A stretch of 32,000 bases of DNA from the sequence record OZ374592.1; one strand, 5' to 3'. Made by a program: the position numbers and the translations under genes. Below the pieces are notes generated by a model, which saw only the letters and a list, made by a program, of their open reading frames with translations, searched no databases and had not been told where the DNA came from. The first letter of the stretch is position 1; every line of letters starts with the position of its first letter. Below, piece by piece: positions 1-10,702 of this stretch.

Positions 1-206
1 GCAAAAAAATACTCACCAGGAGCTAGTTGTAAAAATTTAATACCTATCGCAGGTTGCTGTAATAAATAAGAAATATTTTTACTATATATAAAGCAAATAA
101 TTGTAATTATACAGAATGCAATAAAAGCGGTAAACATTCTTCCCCTCAGTTCTTCTAAATGCTCTAATATAGACATTTCTGATTTATTATTCAACTGTTT
201 AGTCAT
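1..206 (-). CDS. tatC: Sec-independent translocase TatC (ycf43), N-terminal part only; the gene runs off the left edge of the window
   Basis: Absent from the ORF track because it is truncated. The reverse complement of 1-206 reads MTKQLNNKSEMSILEHLEELRGRMFTAFIAFCIITIICFIYSKNISYLLQQPAIGIKFLQLAPGEYFF and stays open to the edge. LEHLEELRxR and LAPGExFF are hallmark N-terminal TatC motifs. Confidence 0.85.
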   Translation of the reverse strand, partial: MTKQLNNKSEMSILEHLEELRGRMFTAFIAFCIITIICFIYSKNISYLLQQPAIGIKFLQLAPGEYFF

Positions 207-542
207 ATTTATAATTTTGGTGTATAAAACGATATTTGATGTATGATCAATTTTTGGTTTATTATCATATATTAATAAATTATTAAATAAAATGAATAGA
301 ATATTGTATTTTTTTAAGTATTACAAAATCTATATTTATTCAAGGTAGTTCTACTTTTATCTATATTATAGAAGTAGGTATTTGCATAATACGAAAATTG
401 TTTCACAATGATTAAAGTTTTTCTTTATAATATTAAATTAAAATAATAACAGAAAAAATTTAGTCCTAGATATTGTAACCTTTTTAGATTGTCAAAATAG
501 CAATCTAAAAAACTTAATGCAACCGTAAGGAGAAATATTTTA

Positions 543-3173
543 ATGATTGTTAAGGCAAGTGGTGGAAGTCCTGTAGCGCGACCGCAACTTTACCGAACAG
601 CATCAATCTCAACTATTGCACAAGCAGAACAGCAAGACAGATTTTTGCAGCTAGGTGAATTAAATGATTTAGTCGCATTTTTGAATTCAGGAAATAAAAG
701 ATTAGAAGTGGCTGATTTGTTAACTAAAAATTCTAATATTTTAGTGGCAAAAGCAGCAGATAAAATATTTGTAGGTGGTTCTGCTATTTCTTATTTAGAG
801 AGACCTCAAGCTTCATTTTTGTCAATAGATACTTCAAGTAGTATGGAGAATTTATCTGGCAATACTCAAGTTAAAATTTTTGATGGTTTAGCATCTGTGT
901 TTAATTCTAATGATTCACTACCACCAGGTTTTAAGCCAATTAATGTGGTTCGTTATGGATCGTTACGTATGAAAAAATCTTTACGTGATTTAGATTGGTT
1001 TCTAAGATATTTAACTTATGCGATTATTGCAGGAGATCCTAATATTTTATCTGTAAATATTAGAGGCTTAAGAGAACTGATAGATAATGCATGTTCTAGT
1101 GCTGCAGCTACAGTAGCTTTAAGAGAAATGCGTACAATTGCACTTAGTATTTTTAATGAAGATAAAGAAGGGCAAGAATTAGTACAAGAATATTTTAATG
1201 TTATTATTACAGAGTTTGATTCCCCATCTTTAACCGATAAATTAAGAAAGAGAACATCTGGTGATATGCAAGGTTTGCGTCTTCCACAAATTTATGCAAA
1301 AGCAGGTGTATCTCAGCAAAGGTTTGTTATGAAGACTAGTTTGTCAGTAGATGAAAAAAATGATGTAATTCGTGCATGTTATCGTCAAGTATTTGAAAGG
1401 GATATTGCAAAAGCTTATTCTTTAAATTTTTCAAATTTAGAGTCTCAAGTTAAAAATGGTAAATTGTCAATTAAAGAGTTTATAAGATTGATTGGTAAAT
1501 CCTCAACTTATAAAAAATTATTTTTTCAATCTTTTGTAAATAGTAGAGTTGTAGAATTAGCATTTAGGCATTTCTTAGGAAGAGGCTTGAGTTCATTAGA
1601 GGAATTTCAGAAGTACTTTGCTATTTTGTCTTCCCGTGGTTTAGATGGATTAATAGATAGTTTAATTAATTCTATAGAATATGCTGATTATTTTGCGGAA
1701 GAGACAGTGCCATATTTAAGATGTTTAGGTGAAGAGCCTCAAGAATCTCGTAATTGGGGGCCTCAAATAGAATTATTTAACTATAGTACTGCTTTTAGAA
1801 AAATACCTCAATTTGTTACTTTATTTAGTGATTATAAACAAAGTTTACCTGATCAACATCCTTATGGATTAAGTAATGATCCTTTGGAAATACAATTTGG
1901 CGCAATTTTTCCTCAAAATCGTGTAAATTTACGTAAAAAATCTGCGCCGTTCGGCAAAGATACTCGCAGGATATTAGTTAGGTATGGCCCTGGAATTTAC
2001 AGTCAGATTAGTAGTCCAAATTCGCGTTCTAAATCAGCTGGTTCTTTAGGTCCAAAAGTTTTTAAATTAAATTTTGACAATAACTCAAACAATGTAATTA
2101 ATTTAAATCAAGTTATTAGAGCTGTTTATTTAAGAGTTTTTGGTCGAATTTTATATCAAGAAGAAGAATTATTAATCAAAAAGTTTGAAAATCAACTAAG
2201 AGATAAACAATTATCTATAAGAGATTTTATTAGAGCATTATCGAAGTCTTCTGTATTTAGATCTATATATTGGGAACCTTTATATATTTGTAAGGCGATT
2301 GAATATATTCATTGCAGATTATTAGGAAGACCAACTTATGGGCGTCAAGAAATTAATGAATATTTTGAAGTAGCTTATAAGCAGGGGTATTATCAATTAA
2401 TTGATGCAATTATTGATAGTCCTGAATACATAGAATGCTTTGGAGATACTATTGTTCCTTATGAGCGTTATAATAAGCCTGCTACAGTATCTTCTAGAAA
2501 TCTAAGATTAAATTCAATCATTAATCCTATTTCATCATATGCAGAGTTTGATAAATTTGTAAATTTAAGTAATATAAAAGAAATACGTACTATTGCAAAT
2601 ATTAAACAACGGCTTATTCAAGGTGTTAGTTCTAAAAGAGACCAAAATGTAATTTTTCAAATAGATGATGAGATGGATCAAGCTTCAAGAAAACAAGTAT
2701 TAAGATCTATATACAGGCAAATATTTGAAAGAGATTTAAATGCTTTTAGTGTAGGAGATGAGTTTTTTACATTAGAAAAAGCATTCATGTCACAAGATAT
2801 TAATGTACAACAATTAATAGAGCAGTTAGGCTCATCTTCACTCTATTGTAAAGAATTTTATCAACCTTACCCTAATACAAAAGTTATTGAATTAGGTACA
2901 AAGCATTTTCTTGGTAGAGCTCCTAATAATCAAGCTGAAATTCGATACTATAATCAGATACTTGCGTCTCAAGGATTAGCTTGTTTTATTTCAAGTTTAG
3001 TGAATAGTGCAGAGTATCAAGCTGTTTTTGGATCTAATATCGTTCCATATCGCCGTTTTCCTACATTACCTGCAGCAAATTTTCCTAATACAGAAAGATT
3101 ATATAATACATTAACAAAGCAAAATCAAATAATTGTTGTACCAAGCTTTAAATCTATTCCAGGTAATCAATAA
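543..3173 (+). CDS. apcE: Phycobilisome core-membrane linker ApcE (LCM), 876 aa
   Basis: The N-terminal phycobiliprotein-like domain carries LRDLDWFLRYLTYAIIAGD and IDNACSS (bilin Cys). It is followed by three linker REP domains, beginning VIRACYRQVFERD, VIRAVYLRVFGR and VLRSIYRQIFERD. A TAAGGAG Shine-Dalgarno at 526-532 lies 10 nt before the ATG. Confidence 0.97.
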   Translation: MIVKASGGSPVARPQLYRTASISTIAQAEQQDRFLQLGELNDLVAFLNSGNKRLEVADLLTKNSNILVAKAADKIFVGGSAISYLERPQASFLSIDTSSSMENLSGNTQVKIFDGLASVFNSNDSLPPGFKPINVVRYGSLRMKKSLRDLDWFLRYLTYAIIAGDPNILSVNIRGLRELIDNACSSAAATVALREMRTIALSIFNEDKEGQELVQEYFNVIITEFDSPSLTDKLRKRTSGDMQGLRLPQIYAKAGVSQQRFVMKTSLSVDEKNDVIRACYRQVFERDIAKAYSLNFSNLESQVKNGKLSIKEFIRLIGKSSTYKKLFFQSFVNSRVVELAFRHFLGRGLSSLEEFQKYFAILSSRGLDGLIDSLINSIEYADYFAEETVPYLRCLGEEPQESRNWGPQIELFNYSTAFRKIPQFVTLFSDYKQSLPDQHPYGLSNDPLEIQFGAIFPQNRVNLRKKSAPFGKDTRRILVRYGPGIYSQISSPNSRSKSAGSLGPKVFKLNFDNNSNNVINLNQVIRAVYLRVFGRILYQEEELLIKKFENQLRDKQLSIRDFIRALSKSSVFRSIYWEPLYICKAIEYIHCRLLGRPTYGRQEINEYFEVAYKQGYYQLIDAIIDSPEYIECFGDTIVPYERYNKPATVSSRNLRLNSIINPISSYAEFDKFVNLSNIKEIRTIANIKQRLIQGVSSKRDQNVIFQIDDEMDQASRKQVLRSIYRQIFERDLNAFSVGDEFFTLEKAFMSQDINVQQLIEQLGSSSLYCKEFYQPYPNTKVIELGTKHFLGRAPNNQAEIRYYNQILASQGLACFISSLVNSAEYQAVFGSNIVPYRRFPTLPAANFPNTERLYNTLTKQNQIIVVPSFKSIPGNQ

Positions 3174-3241
3174 ATACTCTGCTTATGGATTTTGAATAAG
3201 AATCTTTCTTGTTTAAGTACTTTGCAGAAACCCTGTTTTAT

Positions 3242-3271
3242 ACCATACCTGAAAGCTTTATGGTTTTTTTT
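3242..3271 (+). terminator. Weak stem-loop plus T-run after apcE
   Basis: ACCATA (3242-3247) pairs with TATGGT (3259-3264) and is followed by a run of T. The stem is only 6 bp, so this is a weak call. Confidence 0.3.
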
Positions 3272-3369
3272 AGGATAATTAAAAAAAGAAATATAATATT
3301 ATTATGTATTTTATATATCTTTATCAGTTAATTTATATATAATATAAGATTACTCTAGGAGTTTTATTT

Positions 3370-3855
3370 ATGAGTATAGTCACCAAATCAATTGTAAATG
3401 CAGATGCAGAAGCTCGATATTTAAGTCCTGGTGAATTAGATCGTATAAAAAGTTTTGTATTATCAGGTCAAAGACGCTTAAGAATAGCACAAATTTTAAC
3501 AGATAATCGTGAGCTTATTGTAAAACAGGGTGGTCAACAACTTTTTCAAAAAAGACCTGATGTTGTTTCACCAGGTGGTAATGCATACGGTGAAGAAATG
3601 ACAGCAACTTGTTTACGTGATTTAGATTATTATTTACGTTTAGTAACTTATGGTATAGTAGCTGGTGATGTAACACCTATTGAAGAAATAGGTTTAGTTG
3701 GTGTAAAAGAAATGTATAATTCATTAGGTACTCCTATTTCTGGTGTGGCAGAAGGTGTACGTTCTATGAAAAATGTTGCCTGTTCTTTATTATCAGGAGA
3801 AGATTCTGCAGAAGCAGGTTTTTATTTTGATTATACACTAGGTGCTATGCAATAA
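3370..3855 (+). CDS. apcA: Allophycocyanin alpha subunit
   Basis: [29 protein letters not shown]... with the [17 protein letters not shown] chromophore-Cys region. Length is 161 aa. A TAGGAG Shine-Dalgarno lies upstream. Confidence 0.98.
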   Translation: MSIVTKSIVNADAEARYLSPGELDRIKSFVLSGQRRLRIAQILTDNRELIVKQGGQQLFQKRPDVVSPGGNAYGEEMTATCLRDLDYYLRLVTYGIVAGDVTPIEEIGLVGVKEMYNSLGTPISGVAEGVRSMKNVACSLLSGEDSAEAGFYFDYTLGAMQ

Positions 3856-3898
3856 AGTTATATTACGAGAATTTTAATATTAAGGAAATAAAATTATT

Positions 3899-4384
3899 AT
3901 GCAAGATGCTATTACTTCTGTCATTAATACAGCTGATGTACAAGGAAAATATTTAGATGATAATTCATTGGAAAAATTAAGAGGTTATTTTCAGACCGGT
4001 GAATTAAGAGTGCGTGCGGCTGCAACTATTGCTGCTAATGCAGCAACAATCATAAAAGAATCTGTTGCTAAAGCATTATTGTATTCTGATATTACAAGAC
4101 CAGGTGGTAATATGTATACTACGAGAAGATACGCAGCTTGTATTAGGGACTTAGATTATTATTTAAGATATGCTACTTATGGCATGCTTGCAGGTGACCC
4201 ATCTATTTTGGATGAGCGTGTTTTAAATGGTCTAAAAGAAACATACAATTCGTTAGGTGTACCTATTGGTGCAACTATTCAAGCAATTCAAGCTATGAAA
4301 GAGGTAACAGCAAGTTTAGTTGGTACTGATGCTGGTAAAGAAATGGGATTATATTTTGACTATATTTGTTCTGGTTTAAGTTAA
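3899..4384 (+). CDS. apcB: Allophycocyanin beta subunit
   Basis: [20 protein letters not shown]... with [22 protein letters not shown]. Length is 161 aa, and it starts 43 nt after apcA. Confidence 0.98.
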   Translation: MQDAITSVINTADVQGKYLDDNSLEKLRGYFQTGELRVRAAATIAANAATIIKESVAKALLYSDITRPGGNMYTTRRYAACIRDLDYYLRYATYGMLAGDPSILDERVLNGLKETYNSLGVPIGATIQAIQAMKEVTASLVGTDAGKEMGLYFDYICSGLS

Positions 4385-4395
4385 AGCTTTGAGAT

Positions 4396-4433
4396 AAAAA
4401 AATAAGTAAATTTACAAATTTACTTATTTTTTT
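4396..4433. terminator. Perfect inverted repeat (18-nt arms) between convergent apcB and atpE; a candidate bidirectional 3'-end stem-loop
   Basis: AAAAAAATAAGTAAATTT (4396-4413), AC, then AAATTTACTTATTTTTTT (4416-4433) are exact reverse complements. A T-run follows the stem on both strands. Confidence 0.6.
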
Positions 4434-4442
4434 ATATTCTAT

Positions 4443-4847
4443 TTAATTACTTATTACATTTACGGCTTGTCTTCTTGCACGAGCTTTTCTTAAATTTTGA
4501 GTGGCTTCTATTTTATCTTTGTTTGTTGTTGCATTTTCCAATGCAATTGTTGCTTCTTCAAGATTATTTTGTACATTATCAATATCTATGTCTGAAACTT
4601 CTTCTGCTCCGTTAACAAGTATAGTTATATTATTGTTATCAATTTCTGCAAATCCACCTAATAATATGATAGGTGTCCATTCCTTGTCAACGCGTACACG
4701 CATAACTCCAATATCTAAGGCTGTTAATAATGGTATATGTCCTGTTAAAATGCCTAATTGTCCTGTGCTGCTCGGTAAAATAGCTTCTTCTGCAGAGATA
4801 TTCCAAACAGTTTTATCTGGAGCAATGACACGTATTTGTAATGTCAT
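4443..4847 (-). CDS. atpE: ATP synthase CF1 epsilon subunit
   Basis: MTLQIRVIAPDKTVWNISAEEAILPSSTGQLGILTGHIPLLTALDIGVMRV is the typical epsilon N-terminus. It sits 13 nt downstream of atpB. Confidence 0.95.
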   Translation of the reverse strand: MTLQIRVIAPDKTVWNISAEEAILPSSTGQLGILTGHIPLLTALDIGVMRVRVDKEWTPIILLGGFAEIDNNNITILVNGAEEVSDIDIDNVQNNLEEATIALENATTNKDKIEATQNLRKARARRQAVNVISN

Positions 4848-4860
4848 AATATTTATCCTT

Positions 4861-6309
<1,449 letters not shown>

Positions 6310-6517
6310 TCAATTGGCAAAGTTTCTTTTTTCTAGGATTAAAAAAGTTTTGTAAATATGATAATTATATATTATTTAAACTTAAAAATAATATAATTGT
6401 CTAAATATTTAAACTAAATTTATTTTATATATTTTGTCAATTCATATTTATATATATTATAAAAAATACTTTGATCATTGATTATTAATAGATTTTGAAT
6501 TTTAATGGATATATTTT

Positions 6518-7030
6518 TTATGAATTATTAGATCTACCGGTAATTTTTAGCCAATTTTGTGCTTCTATATAATTATTTGGGGCTAAATTTATAGCTTGTG
6601 TCCAATATTTTGCAGCTTTGTCAAACATAGATTTAGAAAGATTTAATTTATTTTTATCTGCCGCTTTCAAACCTTGATAGTGATATATGACAGCTATATT
6701 GTTTAATGCTTGTGGTAATTTATTATTTAATTCTAAAGCTTGATGATAATATTCTAATGCTTTAATATGTTCACCATTACTTGCATAAATTAATCCTATA
6801 TTATATAATACATATGATCTATCATATGGATCTTCTTCTAATGATAATGCTTCATAATAATTTTCTAAAGCTTCTGCATATTCACCTTCTGACTGTGCTG
6901 ACATGCCATCTCGATAGTAACAAAATGCTTGTTTCTCTTCTTTGCTAGTAGGCAATATTTTTAATATAATATCAGCTATTATAGTAAAAGTTTTATCTAT
7001 AAAATTGTCATTTTTTTGTAAACGAGGCAT
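6518..7030 (-). CDS. ycf3: Photosystem I assembly protein Ycf3 (TPR), intron-less
   Basis: [15 protein letters not shown]...[25 protein letters not shown]...YNIGLIY matches the conserved Ycf3 sequence with TPR repeats. Length is 170 aa. Confidence 0.95.
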   Translation of the reverse strand: MPRLQKNDNFIDKTFTIIADIILKILPTSKEEKQAFCYYRDGMSAQSEGEYAEALENYYEALSLEEDPYDRSYVLYNIGLIYASNGEHIKALEYYHQALELNNKLPQALNNIAVIYHYQGLKAADKNKLNLSKSMFDKAAKYWTQAINLAPNNYIEAQNWLKITGRSNNS

Positions 7031-7087
7031 ATTATTCCTTGTATATTTTTATTGATTTTCCTTTATGCAATTGCAAGAGTATATGAA

Positions 7088-7116
7088 TTGATATGCATTA
7101 TCATAATCATTATAAT
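7088..7116 (+). promoter_or_regulatory. Sigma70/PEP-type promoter candidate for infB
   Basis: TTGATA (7088-7093), a 17-nt spacer, then TATAAT (7111-7116). The ATG that opens the track ORF (7093) lies inside the -35 box. Confidence 0.45.
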
Positions 7117-7209
7117 TTGATTATTAGTCTTTTTATCAATTTACTATATTACATTATCAACTATTTTTTAATAAATTATAAATATTCCTTATATATAATA
7201 AACTATAAA

Positions 7210-9531
7210 ATGCATAACAATATTATAAAAAAAGTATTAAGTAACTATACATTATCTACAATGCACCGCAAAAACACTTCATTTTCTTACTGTACACTGG
7301 ATGAAAGGCAAGATATTGTATTCTTTTTAGACAAGCCCAAGTTGGTTTATTTATTAGAAAAATTAGATAATAATGTGGGTTCGTCGGAGCTGTTAGTAGA
7401 GGGAGGTTTTTTAAATAAAACACAAAAAAATAAACAAAATGTCAATAACTTTAATAATAAGTTTGAAAGAAAGAATAAGAATACTATTAGATTAAATGAA
7501 GAAGTAGATAATAATAAGAAGAATAAAATAAAAAACAAGAGGAAAAATCGTAATAAATTAAATGCAGAAAATGATGATATTTTTTTTGAAAATTCTCATA
7601 GAGAATCGGGTAAACATATTGATGTATTAAATCTTGCATTAATGAGGCCAGCAAAGTCTAATAAGCAGAAAAGAAAAAGAAAATGGCATCAAGATATTAT
7701 AGATTTTAATCCTATAAAAAATAATAAAAAAAATATAATTACTGATGAAAAATCTATCACTGATCAGTCATATATAAGCAAAGAAGTTGTTTTAGACAGT
7801 CCTTTAACTATTCATCAATTGTCAGATAAATTACAAATTTCTGAAGCTTCTATTATTACTTGGTTATTCTTACAAGGTATCTCTGTAACTATTAATCAAG
7901 TCGTAGATATTTCTATTGCTCAAAAAGTTGCTAAGCATTATGATTTCACTATTTTAGAGCACAATATTTCTAATACAATAACTTCAGATATTAGAGCTCT
8001 TAATATTAGTAAAGGTATTAAGAGACCACCGATAATTACAATATTTGGACATGTTGATCATGGTAAAACAACCTTATTAGATTCGATTAGAAAAACTAAT
8101 TTAGTTAATTTGGAAGCTGGAGGTATTACACAATCAATTAAAGGCTATGAAGTTGAATGGGAATACATGTCATCTATAGAAAAATTAATATTTTTAGATA
8201 CACCTGGACATGAAGCTTTTACAGGAATGAGGTTAAGAAGCGCAGAAATTACAGATCTAGCTATTCTATTAGTCGCTGCGGATGATGGTTTAAAGCCTCA
8301 AAGTATAGAAGCTGTTAATCATATTATTTCACGAAAAATTCCATATATTGTTGTGATTAATAAGATTGATAAAGAAGATATTGATATTAGTAAAATCAAG
8401 GAAGAATTAACCAAATACAATATTATGGATAAAGAATGGGGAGGTCAAAATATAATTTTAGAAGTTAGTGCTTTAACGGGTAAAAATATAGATATATTAT
8501 TATCTAATATTTGTGCATTATCTCAATTACATGACTTTAAGGCAGAGCCTTCTTCTCTTGCAGAGGGTACAATTATAGAAGCTCATTTAGATAAAAAAAT
8601 AGGTCCTGTGGCTACAATTGTAATAAAAAATGGTACATTAAGAGTAGGAGATACTGTTATTTCAGGTAATACATTAGGTCGTGTAAAATTACTTACTGAT
8701 ACTTTTGCTAATAAAATAAATCAAGCAGGGCCATCTTCAATAATTGAAATGTCGGGTTTTTCTTCTATTCCTCAAGCAGGATTAAAATTTTATTCTGTAA
8801 ATGATGAAAAAAAAGCAAAGCAATTAATTTTAAATAATTTAAAGTCTCATAATTCTCATGCTGTCTCAAAATTATTAAATACAAGAGTTACATTAGATAG
8901 TTATAATAGTAAGAATTGTATTAAGCAAGTTAACTTAATTTTGAAAACAGATACACAAGGCTCTATAGAAGCTGTGATTCACTCCTTTTCTCAAATTTCT
9001 CAAGAAAAAGTGCAAATTAACATAATTTCATGTAGTTCAGGTTCTATTTCTGACACGGATATAGATCTTGCTATTACTAGTAATTCTTTGATATTAGGTT
9101 TTAATATTACTATCTCTAATACTATTTACAATACAGCAGAAAAGTTAGGTGTTCAAATTAAGAACTTTAATGTTATTTATGATTTACTAGATTTTTTAAA
9201 AGATTATATGTTAAATTTAATTGATCCTGATTATGACGAAGTATCAATTGGACAAGCTGCTGTTCAAACAGTGTTTAATATTAATAAAGGTATAGTTGCA
9301 GGATGTATAGTTACTTCGGGTAAGTTGAAAAAAAATGCAAACATTCGTATTTATCGGGATGATAATTTAGTACACGAGGGGTTGTTAGATTCTTTAAAAA
9401 GAGTAAAGGAAGATGCAGATGAAGTAACTACAGGTCATGAATGTGGTGTAATGTGTTTAAATTATAATTTATGGCATAGTTTTGATAGAATAGAAGCTTA
9501 TGAATTAATCGAAAAAGAGAGATCATTGTAA
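7210..9531 (+). CDS. infB: Translation initiation factor IF-2; the start is uncertain (7210 preferred, 7261 or 7093 possible)
   Basis: G-domain motifs GHVDHGKTTLLD, DTPGHEAF and NKID, plus conserved C-terminal domains. The first 39 codons of the track ORF overlap a promoter-like element and read like translated AT-rich spacer. Confidence 0.9.
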   Translation: MHNNIIKKVLSNYTLSTMHRKNTSFSYCTLDERQDIVFFLDKPKLVYLLEKLDNNVGSSELLVEGGFLNKTQKNKQNVNNFNNKFERKNKNTIRLNEEVDNNKKNKIKNKRKNRNKLNAENDDIFFENSHRESGKHIDVLNLALMRPAKSNKQKRKRKWHQDIIDFNPIKNNKKNIITDEKSITDQSYISKEVVLDSPLTIHQLSDKLQISEASIITWLFLQGISVTINQVVDISIAQKVAKHYDFTILEHNISNTITSDIRALNISKGIKRPPIITIFGHVDHGKTTLLDSIRKTNLVNLEAGGITQSIKGYEVEWEYMSSIEKLIFLDTPGHEAFTGMRLRSAEITDLAILLVAADDGLKPQSIEAVNHIISRKIPYIVVINKIDKEDIDISKIKEELTKYNIMDKEWGGQNIILEVSALTGKNIDILLSNICALSQLHDFKAEPSSLAEGTIIEAHLDKKIGPVATIVIKNGTLRVGDTVISGNTLGRVKLLTDTFANKINQAGPSSIIEMSGFSSIPQAGLKFYSVNDEKKAKQLILNNLKSHNSHAVSKLLNTRVTLDSYNSKNCIKQVNLILKTDTQGSIEAVIHSFSQISQEKVQINIISCSSGSISDTDIDLAITSNSLILGFNITISNTIYNTAEKLGVQIKNFNVIYDLLDFLKDYMLNLIDPDYDEVSIGQAAVQTVFNINKGIVAGCIVTSGKLKKNANIRIYRDDNLVHEGLLDSLKRVKEDADEVTTGHECGVMCLNYNLWHSFDRIEAYELIEKERSL

Positions 9532-9540
9532 GAAATATAA

Positions 9541-9571
9541 CGTAAAAAATATTATATTAATATTTTTTACG
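9541..9571. terminator. Perfect 14-bp stem-loop between convergent infB and rps18
   Basis: CGTAAAAAATATTA (9541-9554), TAT, then TAATATTTTTTACG (9558-9571) are exact reverse complements. Confidence 0.6.
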
Positions 9572-9599
9572 CCAAACAAGCTTTTTATATGAAATAAAT

Positions 9600-9812
9600 T
9601 TAATCTTTGTTTAAAAAAGGTAGTAACGATAATACTCTTGCTCTTTTGATTGATTTTGTTAATTTTTTTTGTTGTTTTGATGTTAAGCCGGTTGATCTTC
9701 GTGATAAAATTTTACCTTGATCTGTAATAAATTTTCTAAGTAAATCAATATCTTTATAATCTAATGACTCACTATTTTTGAGCGGTGAAGATTTTTTATT
9801 ATAAACTACCAT
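9600..9812 (-). CDS. rps18: Ribosomal protein S18
   Basis: [49 protein letters not shown] is a typical S18 core. Confidence 0.95.
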   Translation of the reverse strand: MVVYNKKSSPLKNSESLDYKDIDLLRKFITDQGKILSRRSTGLTSKQQKKLTKSIKRARVLSLLPFLNKD

Positions 9813-9825
9813 ATCTAAGTTTTAG

Positions 9826-10023
9826 TTACTTAATTTCTTTAAATTTTGCATGATTATTGCATAGTGGACAGAATTTTTTTAACTCTAGACGACTAGGTGT
9901 ATTTCTTCTATTTTTTGATGTTGTATATCTAAAAATCCCTTTTGATCTTTGATTATAATTTACTGAATTCCTGCATTCACATTCTAATGTAATGATTATA
10001 CGTGCTCCTTTATTTTTACCCAT
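9826..10023 (-). CDS. rpl33: Ribosomal protein L33 (Cys-containing zinc-ribbon form)
   Basis: The sequence runs [18 protein letters not shown]...[26 protein letters not shown]. It lies 13 nt upstream of rps18 on the same strand, consistent with an rpl33-rps18 operon. Confidence 0.95.
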   Translation of the reverse strand: MGKNKGARIIITLECECRNSVNYNQRSKGIFRYTTSKNRRNTPSRLELKKFCPLCNNHAKFKEIK

Positions 10024-10110
10024 ATTCTTTTTTGTAGTTTGAATAAATTCATTATCTCATGATTAATATAAAACTATCAAGTTTAATAATTATATTTCCC
10101 TTTTATTTTC

Positions 10111-10139
10111 TTGTATATCAATCTATTAAATGTTATAAT
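10111..10139 (+). promoter_or_regulatory. Sigma70/PEP-type promoter candidate for rps20
   Basis: TTGTAT (10111-10116), a 17-nt spacer, then TATAAT (10134-10139). The TTG that the ORF track treats as a start codon is the -35 box. Confidence 0.45.
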
Positions 10140-10194
10140 AGTTATGTATTTGTATACAGTTAACAGGTATTGTCTTTTAAATAATATTATATTT

Positions 10195-10470
10195 ATGCCA
10201 CAAAATTTGTCTGCTAGTAAAAAAACACAAGTTTCTTTTAGAAATCGTTCAAGAAATAGGGTTTATAAATCTACTATTAAAACTTTAACTAAAAAATATT
10301 TAGCTAGTATTAGTCAGTTAAATAATTCAAATTGTGACAACGCTTTATTAAATTTAGCTTCTATTTATAGTGTAATAGATAAAGCAGTTAAACGAGGAGT
10401 ATTACATAAAAATAATGCTGCCCGTAAAAAAGCTTCATTGGCACGTGCTATGAAATCTATTATAAGATGA
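10195..10470 (+). CDS. rps20: Ribosomal protein S20
   Basis: From the internal ATG the protein reads MPQNLSASKKTQVSFRNRSRNRVYKSTIKTLTKKY...HKNNAARKKASLARAM, typical of S20. It ends in a TGA stop. Confidence 0.9.
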   Translation: MPQNLSASKKTQVSFRNRSRNRVYKSTIKTLTKKYLASISQLNNSNCDNALLNLASIYSVIDKAVKRGVLHKNNAARKKASLARAMKSIIR

Positions 10471-10495
10471 TTAAATATTACTTTTTATAATTTAT

Positions 10496-10533
10496 AGACT
10501 GGATATTGAATATACAGTCTCTCTTATTTTTTT
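10496..10533 (+). terminator. Stem-loop plus T-rich tail after rps20
   Basis: AGACTG (10496-10501) pairs with CAGTCT (10515-10520). An inner 4-bp AT extension adds to the stem. The tail reads CTCTTATTTTTTT. Confidence 0.45.
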
Positions 10534-10702
10534 GAATTTATATAATAAAATATTCTGCTTAAATTACAAAATATATTTGATTCTATCAAATATATAATTA
10601 TTATTTTATGTATTTAATAATATCAACTATTTGTATAACAACTAAAGATTTTCACTTTAGAGTGTTCCCTTACATTATGTAAATTATTTATTGGAGTATA
10701 TA

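Noticed and set aside
543-3173. Threefold internal repetition within apcE
   Set aside because: These are the expected REP linker domains of ApcE (three in this protein), repeated at the protein level only. They are not a DNA tandem repeat or a mobile element.
6434-6463. + strand promoter-like TTGTCA-18 nt-TATAAA, and the complementary TTGACA on the - strand
   Set aside because: On the + strand it would only drive RNA antisense to ycf3. On the - strand the TTGACA has no properly spaced -10 box. In DNA this AT-rich, single matches like these are expected by chance.
7347-7538. 63-aa - strand ORF
   Set aside because: It is antisense to the A-rich Lys/Asn tract of infB. The F/L-rich translation is simply the complement of that tract.
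10608-10682. 24-aa spacer ORF ([24 protein letters not shown]) just upstream of rpoB
   Set aside because: It has no recognisable family or Shine-Dalgarno. It could in principle act as a leader peptide, but nothing supports that.
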